64,000 bases of DNA, from positions 197,053 through 261,052 of the IMG/VR virus record IMGVR_UViG_3300042541_001760. One strand, written 5' to 3'. A model generated the notes under the pieces. The model made no database searches, was not told the DNA's origin, and worked only from the letters and a program-made list of their open reading frames with translations. Position 1 is the stretch's first letter. Each line of letters opens with the position of its first letter. A program made the translations under genes and the position numbers. Below are positions 39,988-50,399 of this stretch, piece after piece.

Positions 39988-41737
39988 CCGTATTTATTGT
40001 TGATAAAGGTGTTGACGCACCTTCAGGGATTACTCTAAATATCGTATTAGTAAAAGGATAATGAACCCCATTTAAAAACGGATAATCAACTCCAATACCA
40101 TCGGTATCTATAAACCCATATGTATATATATCTCTCCAAATGAAAGTTCCATTGGTTTTTGAAAAAACAGCATAATCAGGTATTTCACTTACCGTTGCAG
40201 GGTCTCCATCCTCAATATATGATGAAAAATCCCTTATTTTAATTGGGTTATGTGGTTTATAGTAGTACCCTAGCGGATTTGCCGGTGGTGCTTGTTGCGT
40301 TATGTTTATATTAAAATGAGTAGGATTATATATTATTTTATGATAATACTCGGAAATAACTCTCTCGGTATATTCATAATCATTCCACTCACAAAAATCA
40401 CCATCAAGAGTATCTCCATTTATTAATGGTTTGTTATAGTAAAAAGTTTTACCATTGACCGCATATGATATTGTTGGTATGGACGTATATGCGTTTGGTG
40501 TTAGGTTTTGTGGGGCATTGTCCCACCAATCAGATGGTTGTCCATTTTTTAATGGTATATTAAAATCAAAACCTTGCTTCAACGCAATATTTGAATTTAC
40601 AGATGGATAGGTGGGACTTGATGTCCATCCAAATCTACCAATCCACTGAAAAGTAAAGAATAGTTGGGTTATAGGTCGGTTTTGATTGTCAACTAAATCA
40701 TCTATTGATATGTCTTTTGAGAAAGATAATGTATATGATTGACTACCTTCTTTTACCGAAATCCTTGATACCTTATTCGGAGTTAATCCTGATGGTTCAT
40801 ATTGCTTAATTACCTTGAATGGGTTTAATTCAAATCCTGCGTTTACCAACATCGCATCCTGCGGATTTGTTATTATTTTATGTCTTCTAATATAATATTC
40901 AGACATTGTATCTTGGTAGTTATTCTCGTCAATAACTCTTTTAAATGTCCCTGTAGTTCCCGCATCAAAAGTGTTTCCAGTATATCCTAAATTTGAAATA
41001 CTAAACACATATTCATCTGACCCATAATCACCATCACCTAATTCATAAACTTGAAATAAACTTTGTCCATTATAATTAATAGATAGGTAAGCGAACTCAC
41101 CGACACTTAATCCATGTCTACAAACAGATCTAAATGTTATTAAACTTTGTCCGTTTGATGTAGAACCAGTTATGATAAATGGTATTCCGTCAAACGCCGT
41201 CCAATTTAAAGTCGTATTGGTCATTGGTTCAACCGCCTTTAGAGTTTTATTTACATTATCATAAGGATAACTAATAAAAAAATTCCAATTATAAGATGAC
41301 GCACTTGTACCAATGAAATTAATATGATTATTCGGTCCGGTAGTATAACCCACAACATTATTATCAGTCCTCATTAAATCAAATTCATTATACAATGGAT
41401 AACCTGACCAATAAACCGAATTACTATTACTACAAAACTGTCTAGACGATGTTAAGGCATTAACATAATATAGATTTTCAGTAAATGGTTTATAATCAGT
41501 TTGACCATAATAAGTATTTTTAAACAAATATGTTATTTTGGTAACTGGTCTAAATGTAGTTGATGATTGTCTTTCATTTTCAAACACCTGAGCTAAATCA
41601 ATAGTATTACTTCTATCAAATTCAACAGATTCCTTGGAGGTCTGTGATAAACCAACATCAACCATATTATCAACAATTGGTGATGATTTGTACCTTAAAG
41701 TACTAAGGACTATTTTTGTATTATTCTCGTTTCCCAT
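39956..41737 (-). CDS. Structural (baseplate-region) protein
   Basis: 593-aa ORF coupled to neighbours; N/T/Y-rich. Confidence 0.6.
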   Translation of the reverse strand: MGNENNTKIVLSTLRYKSSPIVDNMVDVGLSQTSKESVEFDRSNTIDLAQVFENERQSSTTFRPVTKITYLFKNTYYGQTDYKPFTENLYYVNALTSSRQFCSNSNSVYWSGYPLYNEFDLMRTDNNVVGYTTGPNNHINFIGTSASSYNWNFFISYPYDNVNKTLKAVEPMTNTTLNWTAFDGIPFIITGSTSNGQSLITFRSVCRHGLSVGEFAYLSINYNGQSLFQVYELGDGDYGSDEYVFSISNLGYTGNTFDAGTTGTFKRVIDENNYQDTMSEYYIRRHKIITNPQDAMLVNAGFELNPFKVIKQYEPSGLTPNKVSRISVKEGSQSYTLSFSKDISIDDLVDNQNRPITQLFFTFQWIGRFGWTSSPTYPSVNSNIALKQGFDFNIPLKNGQPSDWWDNAPQNLTPNAYTSIPTISYAVNGKTFYYNKPLINGDTLDGDFCEWNDYEYTERVISEYYHKIIYNPTHFNINITQQAPPANPLGYYYKPHNPIKIRDFSSYIEDGDPATVSEIPDYAVFSKTNGTFIWRDIYTYGFIDTDGIGVDYPFLNGVHYPFTNTIFRVIPEGASTPLSTINTVALPTTDECE

Positions 41738-44700
41738 TAGTCAGCAAATGCGTCTGTGTCAATCCATTTAGCGGTAAATCTATCGAAAGCCGATGCCCCT
41801 TTAGCTAATCCAAAATAAAAATAGAATGGAGCGCCTAAGTTGTATTTACCGGATATCCCAGGTTCCGGTTTATAATCACTTTCACCTGTTGCTGGATTAA
41901 TGACTAAAGGCCCATCAACATTATAAATCCAACCTTTATTGTATTTTATTTCAGTTACGCTAGGACTTGGTTGGAATGTTCTCGATCCATTTACACCTCC
42001 GTACAGTCTATCTATTTTTTGATATCCGTATTTGAATGCGTTAGCACCCGCACCACCAAAAACCCAGTCATTTGTTTGTTTTCCGAAAATATTATCATTA
42101 CCACTATTATTAAAAATTTGCCATAAATAAAATGGGACTGTTTGTGTTGTAACCGGGATATAAGTAAAATTACAATCATTATTTATTCCAATAAGACCAT
42201 CTGGATTATATAAAGTTCTATTTGGTGATATATAATCTCTAAGTTGACTATCGCCAGTATAAAAAATACCAAAAGTAATATCCTTATAACTACCAACCCC
42301 ACCCGGAAAATATAAAGGTGAGTTAAATCCTGAATTAATAGCTGGCTCAGGATAATTTGCAGGTTCAAAAGCGGAGATACCTAATTGTGAATTGGTTGCA
42401 ATCATTTGAGAAAAATCCGCATCAACGAATCTTTTAGGACGTGAAAAATAATTCATAATACTAGCACCCGCAGGTGTCCCAAATAACGCTCCAAAACTTG
42501 TACTAGCAAATCTTGACAATATGAATATATTCAATATTTCTGAAGTATCTCCGAATGTTGTACTATTTAACTTATTCATAATATACCCATCCCAATTTCC
42601 GCTTTGAGATAAAAATTTTTGTAGTTCGTCTCTTGGACCTAAGTCCATCATCGTCGTTGGGAACATTAAATTTCTACTATTTCCTAAAAGATTTGATCCG
42701 TCATAAAACCCTTTTTTACCTACGAAATCATCTGTAGCTTCATCATATGGTGAACTCCTATAATAAAAATTAGAAGTGTCAGGGTCTAAGTATATTGTAT
42801 CTTTACAATATTTATTATATGGTATATTTGGTGGATTTCCATTTGGTCCGGTAAAATATCTTGTTGTTTTAAATGGGAACATATACAATGACCCATTAAC
42901 CCAATTATTAAAAAACGTATGTGAAAATACTTCCCTACAAGCTCCAAAATTAATATTCATTCGTGATAACCACTCAGTAACTAATTGTAAGTCTTTAGTT
43001 AAATGTGCCCCTAAATAATTTGCATGTACTAAATTATAACAAGACCCACCAATAAAAAATTGGGCATATCCTCCTGATGTATAAAATTGACAAGATGCTG
43101 CCGGTAAAATATCTAGTGTATCATTAACATTTTGATAACAACCTATTGGGACTAAATGTTCACAAGCAAAAGAATCTAATACTTTATCAACCGATCCAAA
43201 ACTTTCTGGTTCAGTTGATCCGGTAATTCTAATATCAGGGTCATCACCGGGAAACGCTTGAGTCCCTGACGCTGGGTTTACACCGGCAACAACACCTTCA
43301 TCAGATAGTTGATATACGGTAAATTGCCCGTTAGCCATCATATTCATACCTTGCGGTATAATCGTATTAACTGTATTAAAAGATTGAAATAGGTCGGATG
43401 TCGGCATTCTGTCAGTCCTCATTACAATTCTATTACTATCTGACATTATAGTATTAACAGTAGGGAGGTATTTTGGAGAAAAGTATACTGACCCTAACGC
43501 CGTTCTAGTTCCATTATTTAAAGTATTTATTTCAGATCTCATACCAACCATAGATCCACCTTCAACACTCTCCCCAATAGCATATCTTTTACCCACAAAT
43601 TGCATAATTTCAACATTAGCGGGAGGTGCAGGAGGTACGGTAGGTGCAACATAATTTACAGGAAATCCGCAGTAACCACTATCTGATGGACCATCAATCT
43701 GAGAACCTGGTAGTCTAGCATACATATTCTTACCACCAACTCTTAACCCCCCTCCTGTTGTTCCATTAGTTCCACCAATAAAAGTATATTCCGCTATTGA
43801 TGAATACATTGCGGGTGGTGTTCCCCCTGGTGCGTAACCAACTACATTACTATTTTCATCCAATGATGAGTAATTAGAGCTTCGATATGTTGGGAATGGT
43901 GTCCATTGATCCGGTTGGAAGTGATAAGAAGGGAAGAATAGTCTACCATTAGAATATCCGGTATCTACCGAGGTATTATTAATAATATTTGTATGATTTA
44001 CGCATCTATGAGCATTATTATAGGCAATTACATCGGATCCAATTTGAAGCGATTGACCAAAATCTAAACCATCATTAGGTTGTAATGGGATGTTCATTTT
44101 GAAATCACCAATAACCGAAACATCAAAATGGGTAGTTCTACCAAATAAACGACCTAAACCATATTTTATGGGTATCCTACTTGAATGGGGGTCAACACCT
44201 CTAACCATTATAGTTATTAGGGCATTTGGTTTATCTGAATATAATGACCAAAGGTTAATCCAAGACCAAAGTCCAGGACTGTTGGTATTTGCTCTTATAT
44301 CGGGTCCGTTAGTCCCAATAGATTGATTAATTGGCGTCCAATTATTAAATATCCTCGCGAAGAAACTTTCTTGTTCTCTTTTATCTTGAAGCCATCCCGA
44401 CGAGACAAGTATATTACTGTATTCATCAAATGTCATTGCGGTAATAACTTGAAAGTATTCAATACCTGTTGGGTATTTTAGATATCTATCCGTATCTGAA
44501 TTAGTTTGAGTTATATTGTAATTAGTAACCTTTCTACCTCCCGTAATGGGGTCTGTGTAACTAACAGTTGTTGTACCACTAACGTTTATAGGATTACCCG
44601 TTACTGAATATGTACCATACGCATTTGCTTGAGTTGTGGCGCTCATATTAACATCAACGCCGTCATAAGGATTATTAAATGTTAAAATAGTACCAGATTC

Positions 44701-47700
44701 AATTTTTTCCTCCAACATTAACATCATTATATTATCGTAATGAGTTCCACCATTGAATCCCTCATTAAATCTGACTCTTATTTGATTTGTACCTCCACCT
44801 AAACAATAATCACTACCATTAACGGTATCTATAACTCTAACACTATTATTAGAATTTCCAACATATAAATAATCATTAGTCGTATTATACACCGCAAAAC
44901 TAGGGGTTGATCCAACGGATATCGTATTAATCACAGAATTAATTGAGGTATCAATAACACTAACTGTATTGGATAAGGTATTTCCAACATATAAACGATT
45001 TTCCCCTGAAACATACGTACCAAAGGAAGGATTTGTTCCTGGTCCTATGGATATTATTGTTATCAACGAATTATTATTTATGGTATCAAAAACACTAACA
45101 TCACCGGAACCACTATTTCCAACATATAGATAACCATTATCAGGATTATATGTCCCAAAAGTAGGGTTTGTCCCTGGACCTATAGTTATTAAGTCAATTA
45201 CCGTAACACCAGATATTACACTAATAGTACCATCCCCTCTATTTCCAACATATAAACAATTATTATTGGGGGTATATGTTCCGAAAGAAGGATTATTACC
45301 AACTGATATTGTTGGTATTGTACTAGACGTACCTGATATTACACTAACAGTACCATCTCCTTTATTTCCAACATAAACGCAATTATTACTAGGGTTGTAT
45401 GTTCCGAAAATAGGTTGGTCTCCAACATTTTTAATTCCAGCAATTCCATTATTTACGGTATTTATAATAGTAACAGTATCACTCGCATTATTTCCAACAT
45501 ATAGATATTGATTAACAGGATTATATGTTCCGAAAGAAGGATTATTACCAAAAAGAATTATCGAACCACTCGCAACATTGTTTGTGGTATTTATTGGTTT
45601 AACTTGACCATTAGCACCACCAAATCCAACATATAAAGTATTATTGACATACGTTCCAAAAGTAGGATTTGAACCGACTGATATCGTACTAACCCCCCCA
45701 TTATTCGCGGTATCAATAGCACTAACATTACTAGATCCATTATTTCCAACATATAAACGACCATTTGGCGCATATGTTCCAAAGATAGGATTTGTTCCAA
45801 CGGTGATTGATCTTGTATCCGTTCTCTTATTTAAATCACCTGTAGTATTAATCTCAGCATTACCTTCACCAAAAAACTTACCCTTAAAGTTCATCATATT
45901 AACGCTTTCCGGTATAGTTAATCCTTGAACCCAAATAAAACGACCATCACTAAAATTATCTCTTTGTGGTGTTCTAAAAGCGGCTGAATATTGTAAATTA
46001 TTAGATATCCAACCCGCAGCAAATCTTTGTATTGGCCCAATAACCTCATCATAATCAGTATTAACGTCATAAGATCCTGGATCAATTATATTTGCCAATA
46101 TACTACTATTAGTAAATAGTGGTGGTCTATATGTGGATCCTGGATTATTAAACCCTTCGTTTGTTGGAGTACATGAACAGAGTTGGCATTCGGGAAAAAC
46201 AAATAACGGGATTGCTAATTGACTAAATCTATTTTCTATGTCAATTAAAACCTGCCAATTTTCAAAGGGTCGTAAAGTAAACGATAAAAGGCTACCACTA
46301 TATCCGATTCCGAAGTTCCTTATTTTTGAAACTAGAAAGCATATAACGTGAAATATTGTTACTACCAATTTTAATATGATAGAAATAAAGGACGATACAA
46401 TTACAAATAGTAAAAACAATAAATCAAATCTATATTGAGCATCATTGGTTGGAAATTTATTACTTGTACTTTCACAAGTTTCATCGGTAATGTTTTTAAT
46501 TCCTAAGTATTGTCTTTGTCTATTACCTTTCGTGAATCTTGTTACAAGTTGAGATATCGTATAAACTTTATTATATGACATCTCGTAGAATTTATCTTCA
46601 CAATTTATAGCCTCCTGTATAATATCATCACCAAATGATGACCCTGAATACCCATAATCATCCCAATCTAAACTAAATGCATATGATTTCTTAGCCGCAA
46701 TATATCCACCTGAAGTGGATGCGAAATTTATCAGAGGATCATCATCGGGATTATTTGAATCCCACCCATTTTCTTTTACGTTTGGTATTAAGAAGTTTGC
46801 TCGTTTAATTGGTTCACCCAAACTTGGTGACTGATTCCATTTTACTTTAAATCTATATTTAGATTTGGTTGGTATTCCTTTTCTCTCATCATTTGAGAAT
46901 ATTTGCTCACCAAATTCATTTGTTATTATAAAATCCAAATTCATTGGTACATCTAATAGCCAAGCACCATCAGAATCGATAACTTTACCGTTGTTTTCAA
47001 ACTCGTACTCCTCTAAAATAGGTCTACCGTTTATATCTTGTTTAATCGTTTGTCTAATCGCCAATATCTGACCCGGTCCTGAAATTAAATTACATTGGTA
47101 TCCAGATTTTTTAATTGGTTTACAATTTTTTCTTAACGCCGATTCATCAGTATCGGATATGATTGAACCCATAAAAATCGCGGTAGGTTTAATGGTGATA
47201 CTAGCCTCGGCAGTTAAATCAAAATCGGTTCTTGTAATTGATGGTTGACAAATTTCAGGTTCACCCCACAATGGTAAAACCTCAACTGTCTTATTTAAGA
47301 AGATAATCTGTGGTAATGTTGTTAAATTCTCTGATGTTTGGAATTTAGTTCCGTTAACTTGACTCTCGGTGGCTACACCTATTCTTATTAAATCCTGTGG
47401 TGATTGTGAAAACGGACCCATATCTGATAAATCCAAATTCATTAAGATTGTGTAACTACCAACAGGAACTCCAAATATCATAAAGTCACCACTGTCATTG
47501 GTTGTTACAGTAAATTTATAATACTTGTCATATAACTCAATTGCGGTAGGATTTGTTAATACATCTTCTAAGTCAGGAAATGACCCTGTGGCTGCGTGTC
47601 CAGGAAATGATGGTTTGTAAGGTAATAAATTATATTTATAACCATCCTCATTAATATCACTTATTGTTTTATAAGGATATATTTCACTGATGGTTGGATT

Positions 47701-47940
47701 TAACTCGTCATCGGCGGTTATTGGTATGAATAACGATAATTTAGCGTTAGGTACACCATATCCATCATTGACGGAAACCCTACCAGCAATAACACCATAA
47801 TCGGAACATTGTCTTACATATATCTCGCTTTGTGATAATTTTAAGGATAATATTTCCAAAAAATCAAAATCTTGATCTAAATTTACGGTTACTGATTTAT
47901 CAACGCCAACCTGCGTTCTTACCCTATATGACTTCGACAT
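41737..47940 (-). CDS. 2067-aa baseplate/tail protein with an internal YVTN-like beta-propeller
   Basis: N-terminal carboxypeptidase-regulatory-like beta sandwich (VPVGSYTILMNLDLSD); eight repeats of VGxNPxFGTYxPxNxxLYVGN...VSVID. Confidence 0.75.
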   Translation of the reverse strand: MSKSYRVRTQVGVDKSVTVNLDQDFDFLEILSLKLSQSEIYVRQCSDYGVIAGRVSVNDGYGVPNAKLSLFIPITADDELNPTISEIYPYKTISDINEDGYKYNLLPYKPSFPGHAATGSFPDLEDVLTNPTAIELYDKYYKFTVTTNDSGDFMIFGVPVGSYTILMNLDLSDMGPFSQSPQDLIRIGVATESQVNGTKFQTSENLTTLPQIIFLNKTVEVLPLWGEPEICQPSITRTDFDLTAEASITIKPTAIFMGSIISDTDESALRKNCKPIKKSGYQCNLISGPGQILAIRQTIKQDINGRPILEEYEFENNGKVIDSDGAWLLDVPMNLDFIITNEFGEQIFSNDERKGIPTKSKYRFKVKWNQSPSLGEPIKRANFLIPNVKENGWDSNNPDDDPLINFASTSGGYIAAKKSYAFSLDWDDYGYSGSSFGDDIIQEAINCEDKFYEMSYNKVYTISQLVTRFTKGNRQRQYLGIKNITDETCESTSNKFPTNDAQYRFDLLFLLFVIVSSFISIILKLVVTIFHVICFLVSKIRNFGIGYSGSLLSFTLRPFENWQVLIDIENRFSQLAIPLFVFPECQLCSCTPTNEGFNNPGSTYRPPLFTNSSILANIIDPGSYDVNTDYDEVIGPIQRFAAGWISNNLQYSAAFRTPQRDNFSDGRFIWVQGLTIPESVNMMNFKGKFFGEGNAEINTTGDLNKRTDTRSITVGTNPIFGTYAPNGRLYVGNNGSSNVSAIDTANNGGVSTISVGSNPTFGTYVNNTLYVGFGGANGQVKPINTTNNVASGSIILFGNNPSFGTYNPVNQYLYVGNNASDTVTIINTVNNGIAGIKNVGDQPIFGTYNPSNNCVYVGNKGDGTVSVISGTSSTIPTISVGNNPSFGTYTPNNNCLYVGNRGDGTISVISGVTVIDLITIGPGTNPTFGTYNPDNGYLYVGNSGSGDVSVFDTINNNSLITIISIGPGTNPSFGTYVSGENRLYVGNTLSNTVSVIDTSINSVINTISVGSTPSFAVYNTTNDYLYVGNSNNSVRVIDTVNGSDYCLGGGTNQIRVRFNEGFNGGTHYDNIMMLMLEEKIESGTILTFNNPYDGVDVNMSATTQANAYGTYSVTGNPINVSGTTTVSYTDPITGGRKVTNYNITQTNSDTDRYLKYPTGIEYFQVITAMTFDEYSNILVSSGWLQDKREQESFFARIFNNWTPINQSIGTNGPDIRANTNSPGLWSWINLWSLYSDKPNALITIMVRGVDPHSSRIPIKYGLGRLFGRTTHFDVSVIGDFKMNIPLQPNDGLDFGQSLQIGSDVIAYNNAHRCVNHTNIINNTSVDTGYSNGRLFFPSYHFQPDQWTPFPTYRSSNYSSLDENSNVVGYAPGGTPPAMYSSIAEYTFIGGTNGTTGGGLRVGGKNMYARLPGSQIDGPSDSGYCGFPVNYVAPTVPPAPPANVEIMQFVGKRYAIGESVEGGSMVGMRSEINTLNNGTRTALGSVYFSPKYLPTVNTIMSDSNRIVMRTDRMPTSDLFQSFNTVNTIIPQGMNMMANGQFTVYQLSDEGVVAGVNPASGTQAFPGDDPDIRITGSTEPESFGSVDKVLDSFACEHLVPIGCYQNVNDTLDILPAASCQFYTSGGYAQFFIGGSCYNLVHANYLGAHLTKDLQLVTEWLSRMNINFGACREVFSHTFFNNWVNGSLYMFPFKTTRYFTGPNGNPPNIPYNKYCKDTIYLDPDTSNFYYRSSPYDEATDDFVGKKGFYDGSNLLGNSRNLMFPTTMMDLGPRDELQKFLSQSGNWDGYIMNKLNSTTFGDTSEILNIFILSRFASTSFGALFGTPAGASIMNYFSRPKRFVDADFSQMIATNSQLGISAFEPANYPEPAINSGFNSPLYFPGGVGSYKDITFGIFYTGDSQLRDYISPNRTLYNPDGLIGINNDCNFTYIPVTTQTVPFYLWQIFNNSGNDNIFGKQTNDWVFGGAGANAFKYGYQKIDRLYGGVNGSRTFQPSPSVTEIKYNKGWIYNVDGPLVINPATGESDYKPEPGISGKYNLGAPFYFYFGLAKGASAFDRFTAKWIDTDAFAD
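44821..45810 (-). repeat. Eight ~42-codon YVTN-like propeller repeats
   Basis: Recurring FGTY...LYVGN blades; visible at DNA level as repeated tttccaacata. Confidence 0.9.
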
Positions 47941-48011
47941 TTAATACTTTTTGAATAAATAGTTTATATTCTACTTTCAAAAAATAATTGATTTAATAAA
48001 AAAATAAATTA

Positions 48012-49850
48012 TCAACTGAAATTAACCGTTTTTAGGTTTTTAACCCTAACTCTAATATCTCTGCCGGGATATCTAACTTGATATATCTGTGTCGGTTCAG
48101 CAAATATCGTATCATCAATAAGTTCTATTTGTCTTGTTGTTGAATCCAAATATCTTTGTGAGGTTTGTGATGATGAGTATTGACCCCCAACTTCATTTAT
48201 AACATCTATTGCCGCCACACTAATAACACCGTTTAAAGTTTGTACTTGTCTTCTTATTTCAGATATATAGACATTCTCACCCATCTCTCTAACTGATGGT
48301 GAGAAGTATTTAGTTACAATATCAACCATTTGTGAAATAACCACACCTTGGTTTTGACTTGAATCCAATACAACCGATATGTCCATACTAAGGTCAACAA
48401 CTTGAGCACTTTCTACGGATATATAGTCATTAATCATTCGGTAGTTTGAAAGGTAGTTAGCAATGTTTGTTTTAAGTGTGTTTGAAATAACATTACTTAA
48501 TCCTCCACTTGAATCGTATGATAATATCTGAATTTTAATTTTATTCTCTTGTTCGGTTACCGCTACTTTGGCGGGTGCTCCGAATTGTGAAGGCATTTTT
48601 CTAATTAAAGATTCGTAGTCATTAATTGTTACCGCTCTGTTTTGTGCCGCAAAATTGTATGTTACATAGTTTCTTACTTCCTCAATAGTTGGTACATTTG
48701 CCCCACCTATTGCGGCGGTTGTATTATTACATGTTAATGTATTAACTACCGTTGTATTTTGTGTTTGTGATGGACCGTTAACGAAGAATGAGACCGTACC
48801 TAATTGATTAAGGACATTGACACCTAAATTGGTTGATATACCACCACCAACTCTGTATTGGATGAATAATGTGGTGTTAGCCTTCAATGTACTACCCAAA
48901 GCAAAGTTGTTTGAGTATTTTTGTAGATTCATGGGGTTACCATTGGCGGCAAAATCTCTTAATTGTTCGTCCGCCGATTGACTACCCCCACCGAATATCA
49001 TTTTAAAGAAACTCTCAGGAGTAAATTCTGTTATAAATCTTGTAGGCGCCGGAACATATTTACCCACCTTTACACCAGGTTGGTCTGATACTTTAGTTGG
49101 ATCCTCAACAAAAACTTTGTCCTGTATTAAAGCATCAACTTCGTACCATCTATTATCTAATCCCAAGAATTCATTATCTGTTGGTATATTCGCATATTGT
49201 GTTCCGTCTTTTAATAATACACTTGTTACACCTAAAACATTTTTTTCAGGTAAGAATAACTCAAAAAATGGTCTTACATCGTTTGATGATATAACTCTTT
49301 TGAACACTTTAGTAATACCGTTAACTACGGTTTCTCTTTTTGTAATCGTATAATTAATAATCTTATTATTGGCATCAAAGTTTGGAACTTTGGTTCTGTT
49401 TGGAAACCCTTCGTTATTATATGGTGATGAAAAATCTATGTCATATACGGTCTCAAATGTTTGACCCGCACCATTTATCTGTGACCCCCTTCTTAGGATA
49501 CCACAATACCTAATATCCTCTTTATCTCCGAAAGCCGGAACAGTTATTGAGAAATCAACTAACGCAACTGATGGTCTTTGTCCGGGTATTTTAAGTCCAT
49601 AAGTTCTGGCAATGTTGTATATTGATGACCTCTGTTGAGCGTATTGTAATACCGTTTCTTGAATACTTCTATCAATATTAAATTGTAGGTTGTCTGATAC
49701 CGCAGCATTTAAATCAAGTAACACCGAGAATGTTGAAGCGTCATTTACGTTAGATAACAAATCAGGATAGTATGTTTTAACAAAATTAATTAATTCCGTT
49801 CTTATCCCCTGAAAATCTCTCGTAGTATAGGATATTTTTTTATTTGCCAT
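48012..49850 (-). CDS. Baseplate wedge subunit (T4 gp6/baseplate J-like)
   Basis: ISYTTRDFQGIRTEL...ETVLQYAQQRSSIYNIARTYG and QNRAVTINDYE. Confidence 0.85.
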   Translation of the reverse strand: MANKKISYTTRDFQGIRTELINFVKTYYPDLLSNVNDASTFSVLLDLNAAVSDNLQFNIDRSIQETVLQYAQQRSSIYNIARTYGLKIPGQRPSVALVDFSITVPAFGDKEDIRYCGILRRGSQINGAGQTFETVYDIDFSSPYNNEGFPNRTKVPNFDANNKIINYTITKRETVVNGITKVFKRVISSNDVRPFFELFLPEKNVLGVTSVLLKDGTQYANIPTDNEFLGLDNRWYEVDALIQDKVFVEDPTKVSDQPGVKVGKYVPAPTRFITEFTPESFFKMIFGGGSQSADEQLRDFAANGNPMNLQKYSNNFALGSTLKANTTLFIQYRVGGGISTNLGVNVLNQLGTVSFFVNGPSQTQNTTVVNTLTCNNTTAAIGGANVPTIEEVRNYVTYNFAAQNRAVTINDYESLIRKMPSQFGAPAKVAVTEQENKIKIQILSYDSSGGLSNVISNTLKTNIANYLSNYRMINDYISVESAQVVDLSMDISVVLDSSQNQGVVISQMVDIVTKYFSPSVREMGENVYISEIRRQVQTLNGVISVAAIDVINEVGGQYSSSQTSQRYLDSTTRQIELIDDTIFAEPTQIYQVRYPGRDIRVRVKNLKTVNFS

Positions 49851-49856
49851 AATCTA

Positions 49857-50315
49857 TTAAATATTAATTATTATAAAATCACTTGACTCAAATACATTAG
49901 ATGTGATTTTATAATCTATTCTAACTTTAGCGGTATGTTCTTTTGTTCCGATACCGGGAACTCTAAAAACCCTCTCATCACCACTTATTACGGTAACATT
50001 TGGGTCGTCTTCTTCTGTTGATGCGTCATAAACGGCGATTTTCGTTATTACCAAATTAGGTACGTATTTTGAAACTGAATCTCTTATTTCTGATTCTATC
50101 TCGGAGAATGTTGGTCCGTCTAATGGTTCAAATATATATTCAAGTAGTCTAGTTCCGAAGTCAGGTAAAAAATATCTTGTCCCCTTTCTCGTTAATAACA
50201 GATGTATAAGGTCAGTTCTAATCTCCTCCTCAATGGTTGATGATAAATCTAAAAATCTACCATCAAATGAATCCCTGAATGGGAAATTTATTCCATATGT
50301 AACGCCGTTTGCCAT
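49857..50315 (-). CDS. Baseplate gp25-like protein
   Basis: EIRTDLIHLLLTRKGTRYFLPDFGTRLLEYIFEP. Confidence 0.9.
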   Translation of the reverse strand: MANGVTYGINFPFRDSFDGRFLDLSSTIEEEIRTDLIHLLLTRKGTRYFLPDFGTRLLEYIFEPLDGPTFSEIESEIRDSVSKYVPNLVITKIAVYDASTEEDDPNVTVISGDERVFRVPGIGTKEHTAKVRIDYKITSNVFESSDFIIINI

Positions 50316-50362
50316 ACATATAAATATAGTGCCTCTAATTTTTCTTTAAATAGGTATAAAAT

Positions 50363-50391
50363 AAAAAATCACGACGAATTGTCGTGATTTT
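50363..50391 (-). terminator. Intrinsic terminator after nrdA
   Basis: AAAATCACGAC-GAATT-GTCGTGATTTT hairpin with a T run on the minus strand. Confidence 0.85.
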
Positions 50392-50399
50392 AAATGTGA

